Source: Tubiluchus corallicola (Eukaryota; Animalia; Priapulida). From it: a stretch of DNA of 64,000 nucleotides. The stretch is taken from contig JAQGDQ010000285.1 in assembly GCA_030141605.1 (NCBI GenBank), positions 62,001-126,000 of the forward strand, read 5' to 3'. Position 1 is the first letter of the stretch, and each line of letters begins with the position of its first letter. The notes under the pieces were generated by a model. It was given only the letters and a program-made list of their open reading frames with translations. It searched no databases and was not told the origin of the DNA. Shown here piece by piece: positions 13,776-26,782 of this stretch. Both the position numbers and the translations under genes were made by a program.

Positions 13776-14639
13776 GATTTGAAAAAGTTTTTTACAATCC
13801 TTCTATACGCAGGGAAGATTTTAAGAAAAACATGTTATAACATTGTTTATTTCGTTCAACTTTTAAATGGATGAAGGTCTAACGTTATGGAAAACGATGT
13901 ATGAAAAATCGCGCAGTTTTCATTAATTTTTTGCAGACTTAAAATTTTACCTTACAATAAGGTTTTTCCAAAAAAAGAAGACAGAACTTTTATGCAGACT
14001 CATATTTGCGACATTATTTATCGGCATTCTAATAATTTTTTCACGATTATTTCCTTTACAATGTTTATGAAAATTTGACAATAATGAATGTTCCTTTCAC
14101 TTATTATCTCTCTCATATTCAAAGATGGAATTCGGTTTCGCAGTGTCACCCTGTTATATTCGTTTATCAATCTACAACAAAAATTAAATGTTCAGCAATT
14201 TGTTCTTCTCTCTGGTCACAGTTCCATTGATGCTTTGATCCCTCTGATGATAAAAAATCTAGTTCCTTTGTTTAAAAATAAATTATTTGCCGTCGTCTCA
14301 ACGAGCCGTTCCCTTTTATTCAGTGAAAGATCAAGAGGTGTAATGTGCGCCTGGCCTTTCTCCTTGTAACTGTGCACGGTTTTTCATTCTGTTTGACCAT
14401 ATTTTCAACAGGTACGCTGCAATATAGGTTTTGGAATAACGCATCATTTGCATGGGCACATCGCGTAATTTCAAGCTGCGGTCATCTGGTTCCCAAATTA
14501 TTTTTAGATAGTGTTTGACGTCATTTGCGTGCTTGGTCAGCGTCATATTTGCATTTCTTCTGTTGAACTGTCGCTCTTCATTTTCAGCCAGTTTTCTCTT
14601 TAATAAATCTCTACCATTTTCGTTTCATAGTTTTAGCAT

Positions 14640-15030
14640 AAACCATGAACATGGTCATCGATCATAACTAAAGAAAGTGTTCTACCGAACATCATACTAT
14701 CAATTTCTCCATATTTAGCGACTATCACAGTTTATGCTCAACAACATTTGTTCTAGCGGCTAATGAGTGGAAGAAAGTTATTGTTGAAGATAAACAGCTA
14801 CTGTTTGTCTTATCAAAGTCAAAATTTAGTGAGAACGCTCTTTCTTTTTTGAGTAAACAATGTTACTGCGAACAAAACTGCAAACACCGGACTGACGTTT
14901 TTAAAACTGACAGCGGACTAAACTACTGGAGAGGAGGGCTAAAGAATGGAATTCTTTGCCAACTGAATTAAGGAGCAGTAGCAATATTAACTTGTTTAAG
15001 ACTCACCTTAAAGATCAAGAGTGTTATTCT
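14640..15030 (+). mobile_element. Decayed LINE ORF2 C-terminal end
   Basis: RRAKEWNSLPTELRSSSNINLFKTHLKD at ~14932-15015 fits the WNxLP...FK..L terminal motif of CR1/L2-group LINEs; the 5' boundary is approximate. Confidence 0.6.
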
Positions 15031-15118
15031 AAGTAATTGTATTGTGCTTTTTAAATTTCGTCTTTTTGAGCTGCTTTTAAATTTTGACACGTCCTGTTTT
15101 TGTACAAAATATTTGTTT

Positions 15119-15210
15119 GTCGCGTCGCGTCGCGTCGCGTCTCGTCTCGTCTCGTCTCGTCTCGTCTCGTCTCGTCTCGTCTCGTCTCGTCTCGTCTCGT
15201 CTTGTCTTGC
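15119..15210. repeat. (GTCGC)n/(GTCTC)n pentanucleotide microsatellite
   Basis: Direct reading. Confidence 0.95.
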
Positions 15211-15731
15211 CTTACTTTTTAAGAGCTTTTATATCAACACCTAGCTCAATGCATTTCTTATGTAATCAGTTTGTGTCAGCATTTTGTAAAGTACAAAATC
15301 AGCAAACTCTTCAACTTGAGTACATTCAATTCAATTTGTTGTTGTAATTTTAAAGCATTGTTGTAAACTGTAAAGCATGCATGTATTGATATTACTGTAT
15401 ATATTCATAAGGGTGCATTGAACAAATAAACGCACTTAGACATCTACTCATGCTTTACGTATATTTACATTTAGCTGAAGACGACAGCGCCTGCAGCGTC
15501 TAAGCGTAAACTGAAATCGGTTTTCAAGAATCCAAAAACTCTTCGCGCATTGACGCAGCCGCTAGTCAAATCAGTAAACAATTCATAAATATCCAGCTAA
15601 GTGAGTTAAACATAATTATCACCGCTAGGAGGCAGAAAATCACTGATTTTCGTGTACGTATTTCTTGAAGCTTTGATATTTGTGTGTGCGTATCTGTGTG
15701 TGGGTGAGATAGATGGACGGATGGATGGACG

Positions 15732-15956
<225 letters not shown>

Positions 15957-17667
15957 CAGAAAGAGAAAAACGACAAAGAAGAAAAAACATAACATGTACC
16001 CAAAGTTAACATAAAACTAGATTTGAAATAAAAATCTTAACGACAAAACAATTGTGACTGCGTGAAACCACTTCTCTCATCAATCACAATAAACTTTCCC
16101 GTTTACGATATGAAACGTGAACTCTAAACTGAAGACGGATGGCAAAATAACCTGGGCCTCCTGGGTAGCTGCCCACTCAACCCATCCGCTGCTCGATGAT
16201 TACCCTGTTAAGCTAACTTATGGAGAGTGACATTTATAGGTGTAAAGTGGATATGAATTAAGCGCTGTCGTGCTAGATTTGTGAGAATGACAGTGCTAAG
16301 CTGGTGCGTGATAGATTGCATGCATTTTGCTTCGGACAGGGCAGAATGGTGTGATTTAGATAGAGTGTAATGGAGTCGTTTTTGCAATTTATGTTAAATA
16401 GATTTTTTGTAAGCTATTATTCATTGAACGACCCTCGTATTGAACCTGGCAGATTTTTTGCAAAAACATCAGGAAGCAAATTATTTGATAAAATGAGGTT
16501 CAGTTATTATAAAATGACATTATATATAGATTCGATATAGCAAGGAAAAAAGGCGAGGCGCAGCCATATACCTACATACCCAATACGTGACTACAAGCAC
16601 TTTATTAATATGGATCACAACTTTGTGATAACATGTATGTAATAAAAGTAATATGCTTTGCAATGCAATTACAAGAACATACCAAATACTTACAGCCTAC
16701 TAAAAGCATGTCTAAAAGTCGTTGTATCTATGTAAATTTTACAGCACAGAAGAAAAGCTAAAATGTGGTTATACATAAGACTAAAATAAAGTGCAACTTA
16801 TTTTGTTACGTAAGTTAAGTTTTGTATTGGGGGTGGGGGGTGGGGGTGGGGGTGGCTTTTCACTTTCACTGCCAGTGAGCAGCGCTGGGTGACGGCGGGC
16901 GGTTTACAGAAAGATGACGGATGGCATCCGCTAATTCGCCAGTTAAAAACAATGCTCCAGAAATGCGTACGAAACTTGTGCGCCTATATGGTCTCAGATA
17001 TTCCTGACAGAAACCCTGTTATTGCTTTTTCAGCAATAAATTTCTTTAAAAAGTATATTTATGAACTTTATTTCTTACCGCTAAAGCAAATGCCTAACCT
17101 ATTTTCAGTTAAAAGGGCTGACTTGGGCATGATGACGATAAGGGCGAGGAAGACAGTTGTGAAATGCAACAAAACCATAAAGACTTGCCCAACTAATACA
17201 CACAGCTTACATACGTAATGGTGGACAGTTTTTGGTGAGGTGCTCGGTGAATGGGTGGATTTGAGGTCAATTGTCACGGGTAAGGTTTGGCACTATAAAC
17301 TCTCTTTCAAGTAACTTGGACGGCAGAGGGTGTAGATATTACCCATCTCCGCTGAATTCTTATTTCAGGCGAGTTGACGGGGCTGAGCAGAAGCTAATCT
17401 TAACTTTGGCGACCCTTACAAATTGCACCCAGGCCGCAATTTCTGTTTTGAAATTAATTGAAGTAAATATCTGATTGAAGCTCATTCGTTATTTTGGTAA
17501 GCACTGAAAAGCGATCTTTTGGCAAAAGGTTAACGTAATCAGTGAGTAAGCTGTTTGACTCCTCGGAACTTAAAAAAACGCACACATTGGGATTTCACAT
17601 TGGTCAAAGGTGAAAGATCAGATATAGTAGTTCTACACCTAGCTTAGACAGTGCCTTTGACTAGACT

Positions 17668-17823
17668 GAATAGAATAGAATAGAATGGAATGGAATGGAA
17701 TGGAATGGAATGGAATGGAATGGAATGGAATGGAATGGAATGGAATAGAATAGAATAGAATAGAATAGAATAGAATAGAATAGAATAGAATAGAATAGAA
17801 TAGAATAGAATAGAATAGAATAG
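17668..17823. repeat. (GAATA)n/(GAATG)n pentanucleotide microsatellite
   Basis: Direct reading. Confidence 0.97.
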
Positions 17824-20800
17824 TGACTGCTCAGTGACTAACTGAGTTAGTAAATGCAAAACTGCATGATCTGCTGAAAGGAATTAACAGATCAATATCC
17901 TCAGAAATGCATTCGGAAGAGGGGCTTACTACTCAAAACTTATTAGGTGCTGAGCAATCAAACGTGGATAACTTATAGTACCTTAGAATGTATACCATAG
18001 TAATTTATAGTAACCTAGAACACAAGATTTTATACGGGTAAATGGTGCATGCATAGCGTTAAAAGTTAATACAACTCGTAAACTGTAAGGAGATGGAATG
18101 AACATAAGTTTGGGGAACTTATGTTATCAACTGAGGGATAGATATTAGTGACACTGAGGCTTTGAGGTGGTTGCTTAATGTCAAGTGTCGACTTTTCTGA
18201 AAGACAATTAGAAAAGGAAAAGATCACTTCAGATTGTCCGAGCGTCAGTTTGCATCATAGAAAAAATCCGGTATTCACTCACTCTGTCCGTCACACTTTT
18301 TCTCAACTCCGTGTTTTTTCGCCTCTGAAATTTTTATATTTTCATGAGTCTGTGTTCTACGGATTAGATTCCGAAATAAATAAATAATTCAGTTCAATAT
18401 TTCTCCAAATGTGTTGAAATCTGGCACAAAGATCAGTTAGGATGCCCTTGGTTCAAACAAAAAATTTGTAGAAATTCGTTAATTAGGTAGCATATGTAAT
18501 TAAGGCTGTTTAATTAATTAATGAATTAATTTTAAAAATTGATTTAGATCGCATGTTCCCTGATCTCTAGGTTGACGTTTGGGTTTTATGGAAAAATTAC
18601 TTTCATTTAATTCTTAATAGTATATATTTATTAAATATAATTAAAATGTTGTTGGATTTAACTTTTAAATTCAAACTAAAGTTACGTAAAATTAACTTCT
18701 TTCGGGAAACAACCTCTTTAAGAAAACTAAGAAGATCCAAGTTATTAGGTCCTTTTACTCGTGGATCAGGTAATCTGCTGCCTGCAAGGTACAATGATGG
18801 CTTTACATAAATTATGGGCTTAAGGCTTATAAATCAGTTTAAATAATATGAAACTAATATTGATTTAAAAAATGTGAAAAAGTTCGTGACTAAGCCTGGA
18901 TTAAAATCGTGAATTAACAACCTGTGAATTACAAGTTATTCGACTGTTTGGTAAGCTACTTATGCTTGAACTTGTTCCTGTCTGACTCTCAGTAGTCCAT
19001 CCATTAACCTCTCACCCTATTGTAATTTCTACGTAAGTAACGGTTATTTGTGGCATATGTAACTTGCTTATTTCTCAGATTCACTACTCTCTGCCTCGCG
19101 CGCATGCGTTCAGCCTGCCTAGCCAATTACAATATGAGTTTGAGTTGGTAGCCCAAGATTTGCAGTCTGTGAACATTATATTTTGAAAAGACTGGCTGAT
19201 TTAGGATTGTTTGATTTGAAAGTCAACATTCTTGAAAATTTAAAAGGAACTCACTGTAGTCACAGCTTAGGCTAATATCTTTTATTTTCAGGTACGTTTC
19301 ACTGTTTCTAAACTTAAAAAAAGTTGGTTTATTGTTGGTTTACATGAAGAAGAAGCTGTAATTATAATTGTGTTAATTGATTTTTTTGTGTAAAACTACC
19401 GATAAGAAATGTTAGAAATGTTGAAGTAAATTAAAAGCAAATGAAAAATTTCTTTATAGCAATCATTACAACGTTTCAAATATAGAGCGTTACGTTAAAT
19501 GTTAATCTACAAATAAATTTGGTCATCGGTTACGTAACCATATTTTATTGGATGGTAGTTAAATTACGCATCACAAGTACGACATTAGATCTTGTGTAAA
19601 AACGGGCACGGTGGGCGAAGGCTAGGCTAATCTACACAATTATTACAATTTGTTCGTTTGTTTGTCTGTTTTCTAAATATACAATATATCTAAAAAAGTT
19701 GTGAATGGTTTGATTAAGAAGTTTAGGTGAAACAAATGGGCTCTGACGCCAGAACGAGTTGATCTATAGGATTTTGATGATGCTTGGTTTGCAGGTAGTT
19801 GGAAACCAAATTTGTTATTGATAGCTATTGTTTTATCTTCGAAGTGCATGTTAATTTAGCATATAGGCAAAGAAATTTTGTGTAGAGTGACCATGAGTCT
19901 ATTAGTCGAGGAAAATTTGAATAGATTTTAGCTTGATCGATTAGGAAATAAGGAATAAATCAATTTTTATTTGGTTTAGTGTCTTCTACAGAGATATTTT
20001 ATATGACATCATAAACTATTACACAAATTATACATGTAATAGAATTTCACCTTATGCTAAGTAAAGTGTATTTGCTTATTTCTGGTAAAACTGATATCCT
20101 TGACCACAGCTTTATGCTTTAAAATTGCATTGTCCTTTCCTTTAAATATGTTACATTTAACAGTTAGATCCTGACTAACTGTTATTTGTAATCAGCGTTC
20201 ACAGTTTATTAGAGCCAATGATTGTTATCGTGTCAGATTTATTAGTGCTACTCTGAAAAAATCAATAACAGAAGTTTGAAAAAACGCTCTGCAATTTTAT
20301 TATAAAAACATAAAGGCACACTCAAATCCTAAACAACACAAAAACAAGTACAGCATTTCTTATTATAAGTTCTTTTTGCAGATTTTTTCTTCTAAACTAC
20401 ATGAAGTAGGTACAAGACATACGCTCTAATGCTTATTAAAAATATTTAAAGAACTGCTAAACACGCGTACGTACATTCATAATGCTTTAATTCTTTACTT
20501 AATCGAAACTGTCAAGTTGCGGTTTTATGGTACAGTCAAACATCCAATTTAACTTTTGTAAGTCATAGATATACTACTTACGACATCACAGAAACCAAAA
20601 GTATTGCGAGTAGACAACAGATCAACTGCATTTTTTTCTTTCACATAAGCAGCCCTTTCTACTCTTTTAAAGGTAGCAACAATGCCTTAGACTTCCTTTG
20701 TGAAGTCCGGTAACTGTAACAGAAGTAATAGTGTTGCTTACAAAATTAATGATCAGTCATGCACGATATACATATCTAATTACCGGGATCGTTTGCTTTA

Positions 20801-21284
20801 TCAATATTTCTAGGAAGTGAAGCCTTTGGTTTAGCCTCGCGCTTATTAATTTTCAAGCCTCTTTACTTTGATCACCTTGCATAACTTTCCTCGCGAGATT
20901 ATCCCCTCTAATTAGTTTTTCTTGATTTTTGAATTCACGTGGCGGCTGTACGAAAATGGCTCACGTCTTGAGTGAGGGCTACCCAATTTACAAAGGATTA
21001 AATATTTATTTCTACACTGCATGCGATATACTGATAAAAGTTATAAGTCTTTTCTCTCAGAAGCGCATCAACTTGTATGTATTTTAATCAGATGTTAATG
21101 AGGAGGAAATTTCCCGATTTGCGTAAAACAGCTCATGCTTTTATTCCCAAGTACAGACTCTACAGTGAATTACCTCTACATCACATCTCTATGAATTTTT
21201 GTGCTTTTAAAAGTCTTCTGAAAAGACATAATGTAAACAATGGATTAGTAAATAAAAAAGCAGCTTTTAAACAAGTAAATAAAA

Positions 21285-21405
21285 ATTAGAATTAGAATTA
21301 GAATTAGAATTTGAATTTATTACATTTACCAATGACATTTTTACTAAGACTACTGGTATACCTGCGGGCAGCACCAGGAAGAAAATCTTGCATTGGTGCT
21401 ACCCA
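21285..21405 (-). mobile_element. LINE/SINE 3' tail remnant: stem-loop, AATAAA and (TTCTAA)n
   Basis: Minus strand reads gggtagcacca...tggtgctgccc (hairpin), then aataaa and (ttctaa)n. Confidence 0.5.
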
Positions 21406-21467
21406 AATTAACGGTAAATTTGAGAAAAAACAAACATGAGTGCGTGAAATGATCTCTCCTCCCCCCA

Positions 21468-21508
21468 CCTCTCTCTCTCTCTCTCTTTCTCTCTCTCCTA
21501 TTACTAAG

Positions 21509-21546
<38 letters not shown>

Positions 21547-21548
21547 CG
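21468..21548. repeat. (CT)n and (AAC)n microsatellites
   Basis: Direct reading. Confidence 0.93.
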
Positions 21549-23388
21549 ATAACTCGAAGACGCCTTGCATGTCGTGCATATCTTAAACTACCCACGCGTA
21601 TAACGTGAAATAATTTAAAAGCACTGGCACACTTACGACTAAAGTTGATAAACTTCCTGCAAAAATTTTTTTCGTTCGATTTATTCTTGTGCGCTCAAGC
21701 GCTCACGAGATAGACACTGATTTATGTTGAGAGTTGATGTCATTATTTCAAATTTTTAAAACACATTTAAATAATGGCAAATGGCATGTCGGTCAAAAAA
21801 TTGAAGCCACATAACTGTGACACACCTACAATTTTGTTGGAAGATGAAACCTTGGGTAACGGATTGGGTAGTTTGATACTACCGCACTTGCGGCAAAAGA
21901 TTACTTTTAAATATTTATTCACTTCTTAAATAGTTATCAATCAAAATCCTATCAGTTTTAACTTCTGCCGTCTGTATTTATGCGTGATATAGAGCGATTC
22001 ACATGGAAAAATTAATCCAAGCTTATTTGCTCACTGATACTTCTGGGAATTATAAATCATGGTCAAAAAATTTACCAATGGTTTGTTGTCATGCATTATT
22101 CAAAATCGAGCAAGTAGATGTATATTCTCCCCTGAACGCAAGTTTATGTATAATATTGGACATACATTATCTTGAGTCAGTGGGCGGAATCATTCATCAG
22201 TGACCTGAGAACGTGAAACACGTCCATGGCTCAAACACTGGGCAAACTAGATAGCTCCCTACCTAGGTCGCTGAATTTTCTTTTTTTGGGGTGGGCAAAT
22301 CCTGGAAGTAATTCTTTAATTTTTAAGTCTAGCATAAGCAATAACACAGTGTGTGTAATTCCTTACACGCACAACAGTTTAATTAAATGAAACTAACTAC
22401 TTGGGTTATTTTTCTGTGAGAATGTATGATTCATCGACGGTAACACTAAAGTATCGCCCGGGTCCTGCAACAAGTACTGACGTGTTGCCACAGTTTACAC
22501 TGATTGCATAGAGCAGCAGAGTAAGTAGCGACTCCTTCCGTTAATTATTTCTTGTATTAGCATTTATCTATTTATATAGCAGATAGCCAAAATCGAAGCC
22601 TCCAGGAGCGAAACGAAAGGTAAAATGTTGAAGCAGAGTAGCAAAGCAGAAAGATTTGCTAATGAAGCATTTGCAACCAGACCAGAGTTATGGTTGTGTA
22701 CACGTTGAAACTAGTGAAGAAGAGGAGTTTGGGTTTCAAAAAATTACAGATGAAAAGAGCAAATGGCTGAGGGAAAATGTATATGAAGAGTGTGCACAAA
22801 TTTTGATTGCTTTGGAAAATCCAGGTTATAAAATAGGGTTATAAATTCGATTTCAAATTCAATCCGCACAAACTGTAAATAGACGTGTGGTAATGACTAT
22901 TTTAAATAGTAATTAATTACACTTAATTAGTACACTATACTACGTGTATAAGCCCAACACTCAGGTACCGTCAATACTTTATTACGTACATCAAAAATTC
23001 AATTTTGGGGTTGGCGGGGAGGAAGACGGTAACTTAGTAGAGAGTATTTGTTAAAATACTTTTGCATAGGGCGCCAAACCATCTAGAGCAAGCCAAAAGA
23101 GCGAATTTTATGTTTCAGTTGACGAGTTCTTCCTTGCAAAATGTCAGATCATAATTAGAGTTGCTCGTGGCTAATAATCAAAATTATTTTCGAGAAACGC
23201 ATTGCTGGTTTCTAGTAAAAGAAAAAAATGACCAAAAACTGCTTGACCATTTTTTTACCTTTTGCTTTGCATGTCATTGAGTACAGTTTGTTTACTAAAT
23301 TTAATATTGGCTTTGGTAATTCTGCGATAATGATTCTGCGCGTAAAAATTTTATGTACGTTTTTTATCCTGCTTTGATTCTAACCTAA

Positions 23389-23908
23389 GGCTCGTGTCAC
23401 ACAGAAATAGGAGTAAGGAACAATCCGTAAGCCATAAGGTGTCTTCACTCCGCGGTATGCTCCATTTACTCTGCGTAAGGCGTTTTGCCATAATCCATTT
23501 CAGCAATGCAAGTATCTAATTGCAGTATTAGTGAACTATCGTACTTGAAAATGGCTTTTTAATACTTATGAGATCATTCTGTTATGAATTCTTATGACAT
23601 AAATAAATTGTGCACTGTAAAAACCACGATTACCGCGTTAGCGATGACCCAAAATGCCTTACGATAAATGAAATTAATGGCCAAGTTCATTTCGCTATAA
23701 GACGAATTATGAAACCACTCAAAACGGCTTGTGAGGAGTCTACCGCGTGTTATGGCTGACGGTAGGCAGACGGGGGTAGGCGAAAGATGGCAAATGGATT
23801 ATCTGTGTGACAGGGACCGAGGGACCGTTGGTTAGTACACGTTCATTTTTCGTGAAGCCGTTTTTTCTCCTCACGGCCTATGCTGTCCAGCTCTGTGTGA
23901 TACGGGCT
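23389..23908. mobile_element. PIF/Harbinger-type MITE (520 bp) with TAA target-site duplication
   Basis: TIRs ggctcgtgtcacacaga / tctgtgtgatacgggct match at 14 of 17 positions; taa at 23386-23388 and 23909-23911. Confidence 0.75.
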
Positions 23909-24367
23909 TAACAGGCCGTCGTGTTATGAATTTTATAAAGTTTATTGTTGACTCAATGTTTTAGTGCCCTAACAATATGACTAATACCAGCCCTATATTG
24001 TCTTGTGATGAGTTGCGTTTTACTGCACTGTATTGCTGTATGGTGTTATGCTGTCGCACTACCTCACGTTACACTGCAACACATTACATTAAGTACATAC
24101 AAAAGTATGCATTTTACAACAATATTCCAAGTAACAGTAGCAGCACCAATATCCTTTACTCTCATTTGAGTTGCATGATTCTACCCTACTGGTGGGTGTT
24201 TTATGGAAAGTGTGAGCATAAATATTCAAGTGGCTTTTCAATAGACCATTTTACACGCTGTTTTATGGAATCATTTGACAGCCGTTCAAGTTATTAAGAA
24301 ATGTGTAAACATGGCACTGGGTGCAGCATAATTGCTTGAGTTTATGACTGTCGATCTTTTCGCAGAT

Positions 24368-26743
24368 ATGATACATTCTGCAAGTCAATGCATTTGCATA
24401 TTCATCATGACCATCTTCGTCTCCATGGTGTTTGCAGACAGGTTTTCACAGTCACAATGGCGGCCTTCTGGACGGTATGGCAAAAGAGATCATTCTGGTG
24501 AACTACAATGGGATGGTTAGTAATTTTCGAGTCTTTTAAGTTACCTTCAATCTTTGAAAAAGGTCATTGATAAAAAAACAAAAAACTCTTAGCATTTTCA
24601 ATGTATTTTTCTTAATCGTGCACAGCAAGCAGAATTTGTGGAGTTGTCTGTAGGATACACGTGCATCCACGCAAAACACATGCAAAAGACCAAACTTAGT
24701 CGAGAATGGCAGTTTTTATCTTAATTGAAACTTCCAAAAACTTAAAAGGTTTGTTATCATATAGCTATGCAAATTAGTTGATAAATAAAAAAGAGCATTA
24801 TGTAGCAAATATTTTGTCACAATGTAACAATTTTTGTGTCATTTTGTAACAATCGTTATGTAACAAAAATCGGTACATTATGTAACAACTAACATTGAGT
24901 TGGTCGCGGTATTTGGTTGGGTTTTACATCGGTATTCCGTCAGACCAAACCCAGCTAGACTTTTAGCAGATCAGACCTCATACAGACCAGAGAGGCCAGT
25001 TATAGACATGCATGAGGTAGACCAGATCCTGGACAGATGCGGACCGACCCAGAGTCACTGCGTAACAAACTAACATAGGCTTGGTCGTCGTTTGTGGGGC
25101 CAGAACCACATCTAGAACAGGAATAAAGTGACCAGTCCAGAGCAAATCCAGACATTAACAAGACTTAATTTCAGTCTACGACTAAGCCTACACAGTGCTG
25201 TATTCTTTTGTCAAGCCTAGAATAAATAAAAGGCATGTTACTTTTCGTTGTGGCCTTACTTGGCCTGCATCTTAGCAAGGTACAATATTTTAGTCAGTAG
25301 AACTTCATTTGCATTTTTCAAATAGCCAGTGAACTCTTCTGAGCTTTTGCAAACTTTCCTGAAGAATGGGTCGTGTGGGCCATGTAGGCGCTAATCAATT
25401 TATTGCTCCTTTTTAACATTTCCTGTATTTTAGTTACCTGTGGCTTCGTGCCATCATTTGAATTTAGATTTTGAAAACAATTTCAGAGCAATTACATTTT
25501 CCGTACTTGACTCTCTAAACGCATGAGCTAAGTAAACTTACCGAGTGAACAATTTCACAAGATTTCAAAGTAATTAATCGAAATCTAACATCATATCTGT
25601 AACCTTAATAAACACGCAGGACATAACATTAGCATCTAATATTGACTTTGGACAAGGTTTCTTAAGCAGCAGCTAATGATATGGGTTGAAGCCAGTTGCT
25701 GACTGGCGCATTAACTGGATATGGCTTCTTTAAAAACCGTCTTGATCATTTATTGACAAAGTTGGAACTAGAAAACATAAACAGACTTCTGCGTTTGTAG
25801 ATTTTATATACATAAACAACCATTTTAATGAATAAATACTTTTTATTAAATAAATTATTTTTAAGGGTGGGTTTGAATTAAAAAAATCCGTAGCGCAATT
25901 AAGATTGGTATAATTACGAGAATATACAATTCAATTCAATTCAAATTTATTGCCTCGTAAATTCAACATAAGATTTAAACATACAGTTAGTTCTCTATAG
26001 GAAATACACAGCAAGAGGCGGGGTGGTGAAAGACCAGCTGGCAACCGTCCCTTAGTAATCAGACAATACTGTTCGATGAAATAAAAAAATGGTGTTATTT
26101 TTTGCTTTTCGGTCAGAAGACACATTTATTCACAAGGGAATTCAACTATTCAAGTAACAATATTATGGGTAAGGATTAAAAATAAATGTTAAGTACTAGG
26201 CTCTATGTCGTGTGATGATATTAAGTGGTTAATACAAAGATTGGTTTTGAGTCATTTACAGAGATCTAAAGTAAAGTCGCCTAATCTCTCCTTCCTATTC
26301 GAGTGCTCGTAGAAATACAGTAATTTAAATTGAAAAACACTATGAATAAAACATGGGGTATCCATTGAGAGTCATCAGAGCATTACAAGTTGATTAAAAC
26401 ATCTTATAGACTTAAATCAAGAGCTTGAGTAGTTGGGTTAACTCATTGCTGTGCCCAAAGTCAATGCTTTTAAGAGTGCCCTGGCTTTGTACACATGCTA
26501 GGCTACATGTCCCGTAATTGGTTTCATTTTTCCCGAAATCTTCGAAAGCTTTTTCATATATCACTGCATCTGAATCTAACAAAACGGTCATTTTTCTTCT
26601 GCACATTCATTGCCCCAAAATCCGCTGTTTTTATTGTAGGTCAAAATTATATGATTTATTTTTTTATATTTAACTTTTTATTTCAAACCAAAGGTTCATA
26701 GCATATAATATTTACATATTCACATAAAACAAGAAACAACAAC

Positions 26744-26782
<39 letters not shown>

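Noticed and set aside
20094-20180. ATATCCTT resembling a U12 5' splice site (also at ~30960)
   Set aside because: No flanking exon or convincing branch point and acceptor; the second copy is part of a palindrome.
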